Positions 32,080 to 42,464 of a DNA stretch of 64,000 nucleotides are shown one piece after another. The position numbers were made by a program, and so were the translations under genes. This DNA is from Pseudomonadota bacterium (GTDB lineage Bacteria; Pseudomonadota; Gammaproteobacteria; Burkholderiales; SG8-39), in contig JAJZPQ010000003.1 of assembly GCA_021811085.1 (NCBI GenBank), forward strand, positions 43,750-107,749, read 5' to 3'. The stretch's first letter is position 1; every line of letters starts with the position of its first letter. Under the pieces are notes generated by a model. That model saw only the letters and a program-made list of their open reading frames with translations, had not been told where the DNA came from and ran no database searches.

Positions 32080-33435
32080 ATGAATCCTTTCCAGAAGCGC
32101 ACCGCGCTGCGAATCGCAGCCGTCAGCGTCGTTCTGGCGTCGATCGCGAGCCCTGTTTCGTGGTTTGTCGCGCGCGAACTGTCCGAACAAAGCATCGTCG
32201 CCCTCGCCACCGAGGAATCGCGCGGCCTGATCGAACAGCACAAGGCGGCGGATCTCAGCGGCCCCGATGCCGTCAAGAACGCGACGTTGGCCGCCCAATC
32301 CATTTCCGGCGGCTTGTTCGACATCGCCGAAATCTACGACAGCGCCGGACGCAAGCTGGCCGAAGCCATGACCGTCGAAGGGGCGGCGGTCGAATCCTAC
32401 CTGCCCCATCACGGCAACCCGGGCTACACCGAGGCATCCTACGCGAGCTTTTCGCTGCCGGGAAAGCGCTGGGTGCTGCGGATTTTCGTCCCGCTGCACA
32501 GCGCGCCTGCCGTCAGCAGCGGCCCGATTACGGGTTATTTCGAGGGCGTGCGCGTCGTGCCGAAATGGCAGGAGGACCAGCTATTCGCGAGTTCGCTCGC
32601 CGTCGCGCTCATGGTCTGCCTCGCGTCCTTGCTTTGCGGCGCCGCGCTGTATCCGGTGGTGGTGCATTTATCCGCGGAAAATGAGCGCAAGTCGCGCCAA
32701 GTGCTCGAATCCCAGGCGGCGCTGATCGAGGCTCTGCAGCGGTCGGAGCACGAACTGGAGGATAAGGTCTCCCAGCGCACGCGCGAATTGCAGCAGGAGC
32801 AGGTCCGCACCAAGGAGCTGCTGCACAATATCCTGCCGCTGGAAATTGCACAGGAGCTGTCTGCCACGGGCAGCGCGCGCCCGGCCCGGCACGAGTTCGT
32901 GACGATTCTGTTTACCGACTTCAGCGGCTTCACGCAGGCGGTCTCGGCCATGCCAGCCGACCGCATGGTCGGCGAACTCAACGAAATATTCGCGGCGTTC
33001 GACGACATCACCGATGAGTGCGGCGTCGAAAAGATCAAGACGATAGGCGATGCCTACATGGCGGCGGCCGGCCTGCCCAAAGCCTGCCCCGATCACGCGC
33101 AACGCTGCGTGCGCGCCGGACTGCGCATGCTCGATTATCTCGAACACAGAAACCGCACGGCCGCATTCAAGTGGTCGCTTCGGCTCGGCGTGCATTCCGG
33201 CCCGGTGGTCGCGGGCGTCGTCGGCAGGCGCAAATACGCCTATGACATCTGGGGCGACACCGTCAATATCGCATCGCGCATGGAAAGCGCGGGCGAGGTC
33301 GGCCGGGTCAATATCTCGGCCTACACCTACGATCTGATCCGGGACGAGTTCGAGTGCGAATACCGCGGTAAGCTGGACGCCAAAGGCAAAGGCCAGATCG
33401 ACATGTATTTCGTCAAAGGCGCCCGGCCGCGCTGA
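32080..33435 (+). CDS. Membrane class III adenylate cyclase
   Basis: 2 TM plus periplasmic region; 'ILFTDFSGFT', 'KIKTIGDAYM', 'YDIWGDTVNIASRMES' (K/D ATP-specifying residues). Confidence 0.88.
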   Translation: MNPFQKRTALRIAAVSVVLASIASPVSWFVARELSEQSIVALATEESRGLIEQHKAADLSGPDAVKNATLAAQSISGGLFDIAEIYDSAGRKLAEAMTVEGAAVESYLPHHGNPGYTEASYASFSLPGKRWVLRIFVPLHSAPAVSSGPITGYFEGVRVVPKWQEDQLFASSLAVALMVCLASLLCGAALYPVVVHLSAENERKSRQVLESQAALIEALQRSEHELEDKVSQRTRELQQEQVRTKELLHNILPLEIAQELSATGSARPARHEFVTILFTDFSGFTQAVSAMPADRMVGELNEIFAAFDDITDECGVEKIKTIGDAYMAAAGLPKACPDHAQRCVRAGLRMLDYLEHRNRTAAFKWSLRLGVHSGPVVAGVVGRRKYAYDIWGDTVNIASRMESAGEVGRVNISAYTYDLIRDEFECEYRGKLDAKGKGQIDMYFVKGARPR

Positions 33436-33475
33436 TACGCCGCTGCAGCCGGCAGCCCCGGCCAATGCCCGCGCG

Positions 33476-34531
33476 TTAGCGCAGCGCGGCGTTTATTTTT
33501 GCGAGCGCCGCCGCTCCGGGGCACAACTCCCGCGCGTTGAGCTGGTTGAACGGCGTGTCCACGGTATTGAGGTGGGCGTGCAGGTCTTCCGCGTCCGGAT
33601 GCACATAGAGCAGGCCGGTGACGAGTTCGCCTTTCGCCTGATGCTCAGCGATGTAGTTGAGCGCCTTGACCCGGTCGAGCGGATCGTACTCCGGGTGGAT
33701 CTTGCGCAGGCGCAGCACCGAGCCGTCGTGCTGCGCCACGTCGATCACGGCACCCGCCTGGTAATCGATGCTGATCGCGTCGCGCGTGGGCCAGAAGTCG
33801 AGCCGGTTCACGCTGTCATTGTGCTCGCGCACGTAGTCGTAGCTCTTGGTGCTGCCCTCGTGGTTGTTGAACGCGACGCAGGGGCTGACGATGTCGATGA
33901 ACGCCGCACCCTGGTGCGCAATCGCGCCTTTGATCAGCGGTACCAGCTGTTTCTTGTCGCCGGAGAAGCTGCGCGCGACATAGGTCGCGCCGAGCTGCAG
34001 CGCAAGCGACACCGTGTCCACCGGCGCATCGCGGTTGACCACGCCGCGCTTGGACTTGGAGCCCGCATCGGCGGTGGCGGAAAACTGCCCCTTGGTCAGG
34101 CCGTAGACGCCGTTGTTCTCGAGGATGTAGGTCAGGTTCACGCCGCGGCGCATGATATGCGCGAACTGGCCGATGCCGATCGAAGCCGAGTCGCCGTCGC
34201 CCGAGACGCCGAGGTAGATCAGCTCGCGGTTGGCGAGATTGGCGCCGGTCAGCACCGAGGGCATCCGGCCGTGCACGCTGTTGAAGCCGTGCGAATTGCC
34301 GAGAAAGTAGTCGGGGGTCTTCGAGCTGCAGCCTATGCCCGAGAGCTTGGCCACGCGATGCGGCTGTATGTCGAGCTCCCAGCAGGCCTGGATGATGGAC
34401 GCCGAAATCGAGTCGTGGCCGCAGCCGGCGCAGAGCGTGGAAATCTTGCCCTCGTAGTCGCGGCGCGTGTAGCCGACCTTGTTCTTCTGCAGCGTCGGGT
34501 GGTGGAGCTTGGGCTTGGTCAGATAGGTCAT
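33476..34531 (-). CDS. 2-oxoacid:acceptor oxidoreductase beta subunit
   Basis: 'LCAGCGH', 'SGIGCSS', TPP motif 'GDGD…NNGVYGLTKGQ'. Confidence 0.92.
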   Translation of the reverse strand: MTYLTKPKLHHPTLQKNKVGYTRRDYEGKISTLCAGCGHDSISASIIQACWELDIQPHRVAKLSGIGCSSKTPDYFLGNSHGFNSVHGRMPSVLTGANLANRELIYLGVSGDGDSASIGIGQFAHIMRRGVNLTYILENNGVYGLTKGQFSATADAGSKSKRGVVNRDAPVDTVSLALQLGATYVARSFSGDKKQLVPLIKGAIAHQGAAFIDIVSPCVAFNNHEGSTKSYDYVREHNDSVNRLDFWPTRDAISIDYQAGAVIDVAQHDGSVLRLRKIHPEYDPLDRVKALNYIAEHQAKGELVTGLLYVHPDAEDLHAHLNTVDTPFNQLNARELCPGAAALAKINAALR

Positions 34532-36375
34532 GCCGCTTTGTCCTTTTTCAGCGGGCGCACGTTCAGCGCCGCGGTCACCGCGGCGATTTCCTTGACGATG
34601 AAGCGCGCGGTGATCGGCGTGCCGTCGTAATGCAATACCGAGATCAGGCTGGCGGGGTTGATGTGGGCCTCGTTCACCAACAGGGTCTTCAACTGCGCGT
34701 CGCGGTTCTGCTCGATCACGAACACTTTCGAATGCGCCGCGACGAAATCGGCGATCTCGTCCTGGAACGGGAATGCGCGCACGCGCAGCGCGTTGACGTA
34801 GATGCCCTGCGCGGCGAGCGCGTCCAGCGCCTCGGCCATGGCCGGACTGGTGGAACCGAAATAGATCACGCCGAACCGCGCCGGATGCAGCGCGGCGCTG
34901 AGCAGCGGCTTGGGCACCAGCGTCTTCGCGGTCTCGAATTTTTTCAGCAGCCGCTGCATGTTGTCGACGTAGTCGGGACCGGCCTCGGAATAGCGCGCAT
35001 AGCGGTCCTTGGTCGTGCCGCGGGTGAAGTAGGCGCCGCGCGTCGGATGGGTGCCGGGGTAGGTGCGGTAGGGGATGCCGTCGCCGTCCAGGTCCAGATA
35101 GCGGCCGAAGTCCTTGCCCGCCTGCAGCTCTTCCGCACTCATGACCTTGCCGCGATCGTATTGCTTGGCGTCGTCCCATTCGAGCGGATCGCACAGGCGC
35201 GTATTCATGCCGATGTCGAGGTCGGTCATCACGAACACCGGCGTCTGCAGCCGGTCGGCCAGGTCCAGCGCCTGCGCGGTGAACTCGAAGCACTCTTTCG
35301 GGTCTTCGGGGAACAGCAGTACGTGCTTGGTATCGCCGTGCGAGGCGTAGGCGGTGGACAGGATGTCGGCTTGCTGCGTGCGCGTGGGCATGCCGGTGGA
35401 CGGGCCCCCGCGCTGCACGTCGATGACGGTTACCGGAATCTCGGCAAAATAGGCAAGGCCGATGAATTCCGTCATGAGCGAAATGCCGGGGCCCGAGGTC
35501 GCGGTGAAGGCGCGCGCGCCGTTCCAGCCGGCGCCGGTGACCATGCCGATCGAAGCGAGCTCGTCTTCGGCCTGCACGATCGCGAACTTGTTCTTGCCGG
35601 TCTCGGGATCGACGCGCAGGCGCTTGCAGTAGCGCTCGAACGCCTCGGCCACCGAAGACGAGGGCGTGATCGGGTACCAGGCGCACACCGTCGCGCCGCC
35701 GTACACCGCGCCCAGCGCCGCCGCGCTGTTGCCTTCCATGAATATCTTCTTGCCTACGGCATCTGCGCGCTGAACGCGCAGGCCGATCGGGCACTTGAGG
35801 TGGGCGAGCGCGTAGTCGCGCCCCATCTGCATCGCGTTCAGATTGGGCTTGAGCAGCTTTTCCTTGCCCTTGTACTGCTCGCCGATCAACTCGGCGATCG
35901 CGCCGGCGTCCATGTCGAGCAGCGCGGCGAGCGCGCCGACGTAGATGATGTTCTTGAACAGCTGGCGCTGGCGCGAGTCGTCGTAGGTCGCGTTGCAGAT
36001 GTCGGTGAGCGGCATGCCGATGACGTTGATGTCGTCGCGGAATTTCGATTGCGGCAGCGGCCGGGTGCTGTCGTAGAACAGGTAGCCGCCGGGCTCGATC
36101 TCGGCGATGTCCTGGTTCCAGGTCTGCGGATTCATCGCGACCATGAGGTCCACGCCGCCGCGGCGGCCGAGCCAGCCTTTCTCGGTCACGCGCACCTCGT
36201 ACCAGGTAGGCAGACCCTGGATATTGGAGGGGAAGATGTTGCGCGGGCTCACCGGCACGCCCATGCGCAGGATGGAGCGCGCGAACAGCTCGTTGGCCGA
36301 GGCCGAGCCCGAGCCGTTGACGTTGGCGAACTTGATGACGAAGTCGTTGATGCTCTCGATCCGTTTTGGCTTCAT
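34528..36375 (-). CDS. 2-oxoacid:acceptor oxidoreductase alpha subunit
   Basis: 'YPITPSS', 'QAEDE', 'TATSGPG', 'QRGGPSTG.PT'. Confidence 0.92.
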   Translation of the reverse strand: MKPKRIESINDFVIKFANVNGSGSASANELFARSILRMGVPVSPRNIFPSNIQGLPTWYEVRVTEKGWLGRRGGVDLMVAMNPQTWNQDIAEIEPGGYLFYDSTRPLPQSKFRDDINVIGMPLTDICNATYDDSRQRQLFKNIIYVGALAALLDMDAGAIAELIGEQYKGKEKLLKPNLNAMQMGRDYALAHLKCPIGLRVQRADAVGKKIFMEGNSAAALGAVYGGATVCAWYPITPSSSVAEAFERYCKRLRVDPETGKNKFAIVQAEDELASIGMVTGAGWNGARAFTATSGPGISLMTEFIGLAYFAEIPVTVIDVQRGGPSTGMPTRTQQADILSTAYASHGDTKHVLLFPEDPKECFEFTAQALDLADRLQTPVFVMTDLDIGMNTRLCDPLEWDDAKQYDRGKVMSAEELQAGKDFGRYLDLDGDGIPYRTYPGTHPTRGAYFTRGTTKDRYARYSEAGPDYVDNMQRLLKKFETAKTLVPKPLLSAALHPARFGVIYFGSTSPAMAEALDALAAQGIYVNALRVRAFPFQDEIADFVAAHSKVFVIEQNRDAQLKTLLVNEAHINPASLISVLHYDGTPITARFIVKEIAAVTAALNVRPLKKDKAA

Positions 36376-38234
36376 ACGGCTACAGGTTCCCTTTTTGGAG
36401 CGCGGCTGCGGCAGCCGGGGCCGGCATGGGTCATTTGCAGCAGGAATTTCTGCATGTCCCAGGCGCCCGTTGGGCAGCGCTCGGCGCACAGGCCGCAGTG
36501 CAGGCACACGTCCTCGTCCTTGGCCATGATGCGGCCGGTCTTGAGCGTGGATGAGACGTACAGGTCCTGCGTCAGGTTCTGCGCCGGCGCGTTGAGCCGC
36601 GTGCGCAGATCGGCTTCCTCGCCGTTGACGGTGAAGCTGATGCAGTCCATCGGGCAAATGTCGACGCAGGCGTCGCACTCGATGCACTTCGTCGTGGTGA
36701 ACACGGTCTGCACATCGCAGTTGAGGCAGCGCTCCGCTTCCTTGAACGCGGTGGCGCGGTCAAACCCGATCTCGACTTCGACCTTGATGTTTTTCAGCGT
36801 CTGGCTCGGATCGCGCCAGGGCACCTTGTAGCGCCGGTCGAGCGCGACTTCGTTGTCGTAGCTCCACTCGTGGATGCCCATTTTCTGCGACAGCAGGTGC
36901 ACCATCGGCGGCGGACGCTTCGCCACGTCCTCGCCCTGACAAAATTTGTCGATCGACACCGCGGCCTCGTGCCCGTGGGCGACGGCCCAGATGATGTTCT
37001 TCGGCCCGAACGCCGCGTCGCCGCCGAAGTACACGCGCGGCAGTGTGGATTGCAGCGTGATCTTGTCCACCACCGGCATGCCCCATTGGTCGAACGCGAT
37101 GCCGCAGTCCTTCTCGATCCAGGGAAACGCGTTTTCCTGGCCGACTGCGACCAGCACCTCGTCGCATTCGAAATGCTGGTCGGGCTCGCCCGTGGGCATC
37201 AACCGGCGCCGGCCTCGATTTGGCCCATCTGCATCGTACTGCGCCGCGACCTTTTCGAACGTGATGCCGGTGAGCTTGCCCTTGACGTGGGTGAATTCCT
37301 TGGGCACGAGATAGTTGAGGATCGGTATGCCCTCGTGCATCGCGTCCTCTTTCTCCCAGGGCGAGGCTTTCATTTCCTCGAAGCCGGAGCGCACGATCGC
37401 TTTGACGTCCTCGCCGCCCAGGCGCCGGCTGGTGCGGCAGCAGTCCATGGCGGTGTTGCCGCCGCCGAGCACGATCACGCGCTTGGATACCTTGGTGACG
37501 TGGCCGAAGGAAACGCTGGAGAGCCAGTCGATGCCGATATGGATGTGTTTCGCCGCTTCCTTGCGCCCGGGGATATCCAGGTCGCGCCCGCGCGGCGCGC
37601 CCGAACCGACGAATACCGCGTCGTAACCCTCGGCCAGCAGGGCCTTCATGCTGTCCACGCGCTTGCCGGCGCGGAATTCCACGCCCAGGCCGAGAATATA
37701 GCCGACCTCTTCGTCGATCACTTCCTCGGGCAGGCGGAAGCGCGGAATCTGGCTGCGGATCATGCCGCCCGCCTTCAGGTCGCCGTCGTACAGCACCACG
37801 TGATAGCCGTTCGGTGCCAGGTCGCGCGCGACGGTGAGCGAGGCCGGACCGGCGCCGACGCAGGCGACGCGCTTGCCGTTTTTCTTTTTCGGTACTGCGG
37901 GCAGACGCGCGCGGATGTCCGCCTTGTTGTCGGCCGCGACCCGCTTCAGACGGCAGATCGCGACGGGTTCTTTCGCCGCTGCGCCCGGCGCGCCACCGGC
38001 CGGGGCGTCCTCCACGCGGCTGCGGCGGCAGGCCGGCTCGCACGGACGGTCGCAGGTGCGCCCGAGGATGCCGGGGAACACGTTCGACTGCCAGTTGACC
38101 ATGTAGGCATCGTCGTAGCGGCCTGCGGCGATCAAGCGGATGTATTCGGGGACGGGCGTATGGGCGGGGCAGGCCCACTGGCAATCTACGACTTTATGGA
38201 AGTAATCTGGTGCGCCAATATCTGTCGGCTTCAA
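36372..38234 (-). CDS. GltD-like FAD/Fe-S oxidoreductase with C-terminal 2x[4Fe-4S] domain
   Basis: 'CQWACP', 'GRTCDRPCEPAC', 'GAGPAS', 'GGGNTAMD', 'CIECDACVDICP', 'CLHCGLCAERCP'. Confidence 0.88.
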   Translation of the reverse strand: MKPTDIGAPDYFHKVVDCQWACPAHTPVPEYIRLIAAGRYDDAYMVNWQSNVFPGILGRTCDRPCEPACRRSRVEDAPAGGAPGAAAKEPVAICRLKRVAADNKADIRARLPAVPKKKNGKRVACVGAGPASLTVARDLAPNGYHVVLYDGDLKAGGMIRSQIPRFRLPEEVIDEEVGYILGLGVEFRAGKRVDSMKALLAEGYDAVFVGSGAPRGRDLDIPGRKEAAKHIHIGIDWLSSVSFGHVTKVSKRVIVLGGGNTAMDCCRTSRRLGGEDVKAIVRSGFEEMKASPWEKEDAMHEGIPILNYLVPKEFTHVKGKLTGITFEKVAAQYDADGPNRGRRRLMPTGEPDQHFECDEVLVAVGQENAFPWIEKDCGIAFDQWGMPVVDKITLQSTLPRVYFGGDAAFGPKNIIWAVAHGHEAAVSIDKFCQGEDVAKRPPPMVHLLSQKMGIHEWSYDNEVALDRRYKVPWRDPSQTLKNIKVEVEIGFDRATAFKEAERCLNCDVQTVFTTTKCIECDACVDICPMDCISFTVNGEEADLRTRLNAPAQNLTQDLYVSSTLKTGRIMAKDEDVCLHCGLCAERCPTGAWDMQKFLLQMTHAGPGCRSRAPKREPVAV

Positions 38235-38396
38235 TCAGTCTGCTCCTTCCGGGCGCCTGCCGGGCCGGCCAGGATTGAAACGGCTTGGGGGCGCATAAGA
38301 GGCCGTGATTCTACTCTGGGCGAAGCGGGGTGAAAAGCACCTTTTTAATCCACCAAAAGCCGCATGGGTATAGGTCCAAATCGCGCCCGGCGCAGC

Positions 38397-40142
38397 CTAA
38401 GGCTGGGTACGAGGCGGCCGGCGCAGCAGACGCTGCAACGCTGCCAGCGGCCGCGCATTGAGCACATCCGCTTTTTCCAGCCAGCCGCGCCGCGCCTGCC
38501 CGATGCCATAGCGCAAATGCTCGAAGTCGAGTTCGCTGTGCGCATCGGAGCTGACGCAAACCAGCACGCCTTCGTCCTTGGCCATTCTGCAATGGGTGTC
38601 GAGCAGGTCGAGGCGCTCGGGATGGGCGTTCAGCTCGAGGAAGCGCCCGCAGGCGCGGGCCTTGCGGATAATGCGCAGCATGTCGACGTCGTAGGGTTCG
38701 CGCCGCTCGATCAAGCGCCCGGTCGGATGCGCCAGGATGTGCAAATGCGGTTGATCGAACGCTTTCAGGATGCGCTCGGTCTGGCGCTCGCGCGAGAGCT
38801 GGAAATCGCTGTGCACGGCACCCACCACCACGTCCAGGCGCGCAAGCACGGAATCGGGCAGGTCGAGCGTGCCGTCGGCGAGGATATCCACTTCTACGCC
38901 TTTGAGCACCCTGATGCCGGCGAGTTCGGCGTTGAGCCGGTCGATTTCGTCGATCTGGCGCGCGAGCGCTTGCGGGTCCAGTCCGTGCGCGAGCCGCAGC
39001 CGGCGCGAGTGCTCGGTGATCGCGAGATAGGACAGGCCGCGCGCGGCGGCAGCCTGCGCCATCTCCCTGATGCCGGCATGGCCATCGCTTGCGCGGGTAT
39101 GCACATGCAAATCCCCGCGCAAATCGCCCAACTCCACCAGACGCGGCAGTGTGCCTGCACGCGCGGCCTCGATTTCGCCCTGGTCTTCGCGCAATTCGGG
39201 CGGAATATAAGGCAGCCCGACCGCGGCGTAGACGGATTCCTCGGTGTCCCCGGCGACGCGCGCGGCACCGCGGTACACGCCGTATTCATTGATCTTCAGC
39301 CCGCGCGCCTGACCCAGGCGGCGCACGGCGATGTTGTGGGCTTTCGAGCCGGTGAAATAATGCAGCGCCGCGCCGTAACACGCCTCGGCCACGACGCGCA
39401 GGTCCACCTGTATACCCGCGTGCAATACCACGCTTGCGCGCGTGTCGCCACGAGAGAGAACCTGTCGGACCTCGGGGTAGGCGGTAAAGCGCTGCATTAC
39501 CTGGTCTGCGGCGGCGGCGGTGATCAGCATGTCGAGATCGCCCACGGTCTCGCGCATGCGACGGAAGCTGCCCGCGAGTTCGACCCGCCCGACGCCGGGA
39601 ATCCGGCGCAGATAGTCGGCATAGGCCTCGGCATACTGCGCGGCGACGGCGAGCTTGTAGCGCCCCGGACGCTTCAGGTGCGCTTCCACACCCCGCAGTA
39701 TTTTGAGCTCCGACTTTTCGCCGAAGCCGGCAAGCGCACGCAGCCGGCCGTCGCGCGCCGCGCGGTAGAGCTGCTCCGGCGTCTGCACGTCGAGTTCCTG
39801 GTACAGGCGCTGCACCCGCTTCGGCCCCAAACCGGGAACATGCAGCAGATCGGCGATGCCGGCGGGCAGTTCGCGCCTGAGTTTTTCCAGCAGCGCGCAG
39901 GTCCCGCTCGCGGCGACCTCGTGGATCTTGGCGCCGAGGTCCGCGCCTATGCCGGGGAGCTTGGGCAGTTCGCCGCCGCCGGCAAGGCGCGCGGCGAGGT
40001 CGAGCTGCAGACCCTCGACTATGCGCGCCGCGTTGCGGTAGGCGCGAATGCGAAACGGATTGGCCTGCTCGATCTCGAGCAGGTCCGCGATTTCGCCGAA
40101 CACCCGCGCGATGTCGGCGTTGTGTACGGCGTGCTCTGGCAT
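38397..40142 (-). CDS. polX: DNA polymerase X with PHP domain
   Basis: 'NPFRIRAY', 'AGSFRR.RETVGDLD', 'QVDLR', 'YFTGSK', PHP 'HVHT…SDG', 'HPTGR', 'SDAH'. Confidence 0.93.
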   Translation of the reverse strand: MPEHAVHNADIARVFGEIADLLEIEQANPFRIRAYRNAARIVEGLQLDLAARLAGGGELPKLPGIGADLGAKIHEVAASGTCALLEKLRRELPAGIADLLHVPGLGPKRVQRLYQELDVQTPEQLYRAARDGRLRALAGFGEKSELKILRGVEAHLKRPGRYKLAVAAQYAEAYADYLRRIPGVGRVELAGSFRRMRETVGDLDMLITAAAADQVMQRFTAYPEVRQVLSRGDTRASVVLHAGIQVDLRVVAEACYGAALHYFTGSKAHNIAVRRLGQARGLKINEYGVYRGAARVAGDTEESVYAAVGLPYIPPELREDQGEIEAARAGTLPRLVELGDLRGDLHVHTRASDGHAGIREMAQAAAARGLSYLAITEHSRRLRLAHGLDPQALARQIDEIDRLNAELAGIRVLKGVEVDILADGTLDLPDSVLARLDVVVGAVHSDFQLSRERQTERILKAFDQPHLHILAHPTGRLIERREPYDVDMLRIIRKARACGRFLELNAHPERLDLLDTHCRMAKDEGVLVCVSSDAHSELDFEHLRYGIGQARRGWLEKADVLNARPLAALQRLLRRPPRTQP

Positions 40143-40175
40143 GCTGACCTCAATGCGAATGCCCGGACCGGGACT

Positions 40176-41798
40176 TCACATCTCCATGTCCGCCGCCGGC
40201 GCAGATGCTGCTGCGGCCTCCTCGCGCAATTCCGCCACCATGCAGTCGGTGGTCAGGATGAGTCCGGCAATGGAAACGGCGTTTTGCAGCGCCGAGCGCG
40301 TCACCTTGCATGGATCGAGCACGCCCATCGCAACCATGCCGCCGAACACGCCGGTGGCGGCGTTGTAACCGAAGTCGCCCGCACCTTCCAGTACCCGGTT
40401 GAGCACGACCGAGGGCTCCTCGCCGGCATTGGCGACGATCTGCCGCAGCGGCTCTTCCAGCGCGCGCAATACGATCCGGATTCCGGCGTCCTGGTCCGGG
40501 TTGTCGCCGGCCAGCGCGCTCAGCGCCTGGCGCGCGCGCAGCAGCGCGACGCCGCCGCCCGGGAGCACGCCCTCTTCGACCGCCGCGCGGGTCGCATGCA
40601 GCGCGTCCTCGACGCGCGATTTGCGCTCCTTCATTTCAGTTTCGGTCGCGGCACCGACCTTGACCAGGGCGACGCCGCCCGCGAGCTTGGCCGCGCGCTC
40701 CTGCAGCTTGTCGCGGTCGTAGTCGCTCTTCGCCTCCTTGATCTCGCGCCGGATCGCGGCGATGCGCGCCTCGATAGCGGCGGGTTCGCCCATGCCGCCG
40801 ATGAGGGTGGTGTTGTCCTTGTCCACCTCGATGCGCCGCGCCCGGCCCAGATGCTCGAGGCCGGCATGCTCGAGCGTGAGTCCGAGCTCCTCCGCCACCA
40901 CCTGCGCGCCGGTGAGCACCGCGATGTCCTCGAGCATCGCCTTGCGCCGGTCGCCGAAGCCGGGCGCCTTGACCGCACAGGCCTTGAGCACGCCGCGCAG
41001 GCTGTTGACCACCAGCATCGCGAGCGACTCGCCCTCTACATCTTCGGCGACCAACAGCAACGGCTTCGCCGCCTGCGCGATCTTCTCCAGCAGCGGCAGC
41101 AACTCGCGTATCGCGGAGACCTTCTTGTCGCACAGCAGCACATAGGCGTCCTCGAGCACGCAACGCTGCTTGTCGGCGACGTTAATGAAATAGGGCGAGA
41201 GGAAACCGCGGTCGAACTGCATGCCCTCGACCAGTTCCAATTCGCTCGCGAGGCCGCGCCCGTCCTCGACCGTGATCACGCCGTCCCTGCCCACTTTCTC
41301 CATTGCGTCGGCGATGATGTCGCCGATGCTGCTGTCGGAATTGGCGGATATCGTCGCGACCTGCGTGATCTCCTTGCGCCCGCTGCAGGGCTGGGCCAGG
41401 CGTTTCAATTCCGCCACCACCGCTGCGCTCGCGCGGTCGATGCCGCGCTTGAGGTCCATCGGGTTCATGCCCGCAGCCACGTATTTCATGCCCTCGAGCG
41501 CGATCGCCTGTGCCAGAACCATGGCGGTGGTAGTGCCGTCGCCGGCCACTTCCGAGGTCTTCGCGGCGACCTCGCGCACCATTTGCGCGCCCATGTTTTC
41601 AAAGTGATCCTTGAGTTCGATCTCCTTGGCCACAATGACGCCCGAGTTGATGATGGTAGGCGCGCCGTACGCGCGCTCCAGCATTACCGTGCGCGCCTTC
41701 GGTCCAAGCGTGACTTTGACCGCGTTGGCGAGCACCGCCACGCCGCGCATGATCCGCGCGTGTGCGTCATCATGAAAAATCACTTGTTTGGCGGTCAT
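40176..41798 (-). CDS. groL: Chaperonin GroEL paralog (no adjacent groES)
   Basis: 'TLGPK', 'GDGTTTA', 'EGMQFDRG', '[10 protein letters not shown]', '[11 protein letters not shown]'. Confidence 0.92.
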   Translation of the reverse strand: MTAKQVIFHDDAHARIMRGVAVLANAVKVTLGPKARTVMLERAYGAPTIINSGVIVAKEIELKDHFENMGAQMVREVAAKTSEVAGDGTTTAMVLAQAIALEGMKYVAAGMNPMDLKRGIDRASAAVVAELKRLAQPCSGRKEITQVATISANSDSSIGDIIADAMEKVGRDGVITVEDGRGLASELELVEGMQFDRGFLSPYFINVADKQRCVLEDAYVLLCDKKVSAIRELLPLLEKIAQAAKPLLLVAEDVEGESLAMLVVNSLRGVLKACAVKAPGFGDRRKAMLEDIAVLTGAQVVAEELGLTLEHAGLEHLGRARRIEVDKDNTTLIGGMGEPAAIEARIAAIRREIKEAKSDYDRDKLQERAAKLAGGVALVKVGAATETEMKERKSRVEDALHATRAAVEEGVLPGGGVALLRARQALSALAGDNPDQDAGIRIVLRALEEPLRQIVANAGEEPSVVLNRVLEGAGDFGYNAATGVFGGMVAMGVLDPCKVTRSALQNAVSIAGLILTTDCMVAELREEAAAASAPAADMEM

Positions 41799-41835
41799 AT
41801 GCGTGACTCCTTGGGATCCGGCACCGGCGTCGCGG

Positions 41836-42201
41836 CTAGCTGCGTGAACCGGGTGTATCGTGGCCATGGCGGCCATGTTCGAGATTGCGCCGGCACAGGT
41901 GATCCTCCAGTTGGAGGCGGGCGGCGGTGAACGCGTCGCGCAGCGCCATGTAGACGTCCTCGCCGTGCTCGCGGTTGACCACCACCTCGGTTCCCGGCAA
42001 CGTGATGATCAGCCGCACCGCGAACCTCGCGGCTTGACTTTGGTCCGGCTCCAGCGCCTCGACCACCACCTGGCTGCTGCGGATCCCGGCGTAAGCCTTG
42101 TCGAGCCTGCGCGCCTCGCTATCGATGTAGCGTTCGAGCGCGTCGGATGCGTGGATGCCGCGCAACGCGATCTCTACGGGAGTATGTCCAGCCCCGGCCA
42201 T
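41836..42201 (-). CDS. HPF/RaiA-family ribosome-associated protein
   Basis: '[12 protein letters not shown]', '[16 protein letters not shown]' resemble sigma54-modulation/HPF fold. Confidence 0.75.
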   Translation of the reverse strand: MAGAGHTPVEIALRGIHASDALERYIDSEARRLDKAYAGIRSSQVVVEALEPDQSQAARFAVRLIITLPGTEVVVNREHGEDVYMALRDAFTAARLQLEDHLCRRNLEHGRHGHDTPGSRS

Positions 42202-42217
42202 GGCAGCGCGCAAAGGC

Positions 42218-42436
42218 TCAGTTGTAGTCGTCGAAGTATGGAGGCCGACTCCTGCCGCCCTCATCCTGCACGATGCGCTGGCAATCGATCTCGTCGTCGC
42301 GCTCCTCGGGGACCTGCGCCGTCTGCTCCCAGGCGGCCGGGGCGGTCGTTGCGCTGCGTCCCCGCCCGGCCGGTGCTTTGGCCGCGTGCTTGCGCGCCGC
42401 GCTAAGGACTTTTCCCGACTTCGATTTGGCGCCCAT
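42218..42436 (-). CDS. Small hypothetical protein (72 aa, basic N-terminus, acidic C-terminus)
   Basis: AGGAG RBS before MGAKSK…; first ORF after an FNR-type promoter. Confidence 0.55.
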   Translation of the reverse strand: MGAKSKSGKVLSAARKHAAKAPAGRGRSATTAPAAWEQTAQVPEERDDEIDCQRIVQDEGGRSRPPYFDDYN

Positions 42437-42464
42437 CGCTTGCTCCTGCTGGGGATTGGAATTC

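Noticed and set aside
38364-41930. 1188-aa plus-strand ORF
   Set aside because: Antisense shadow of polX and groEL
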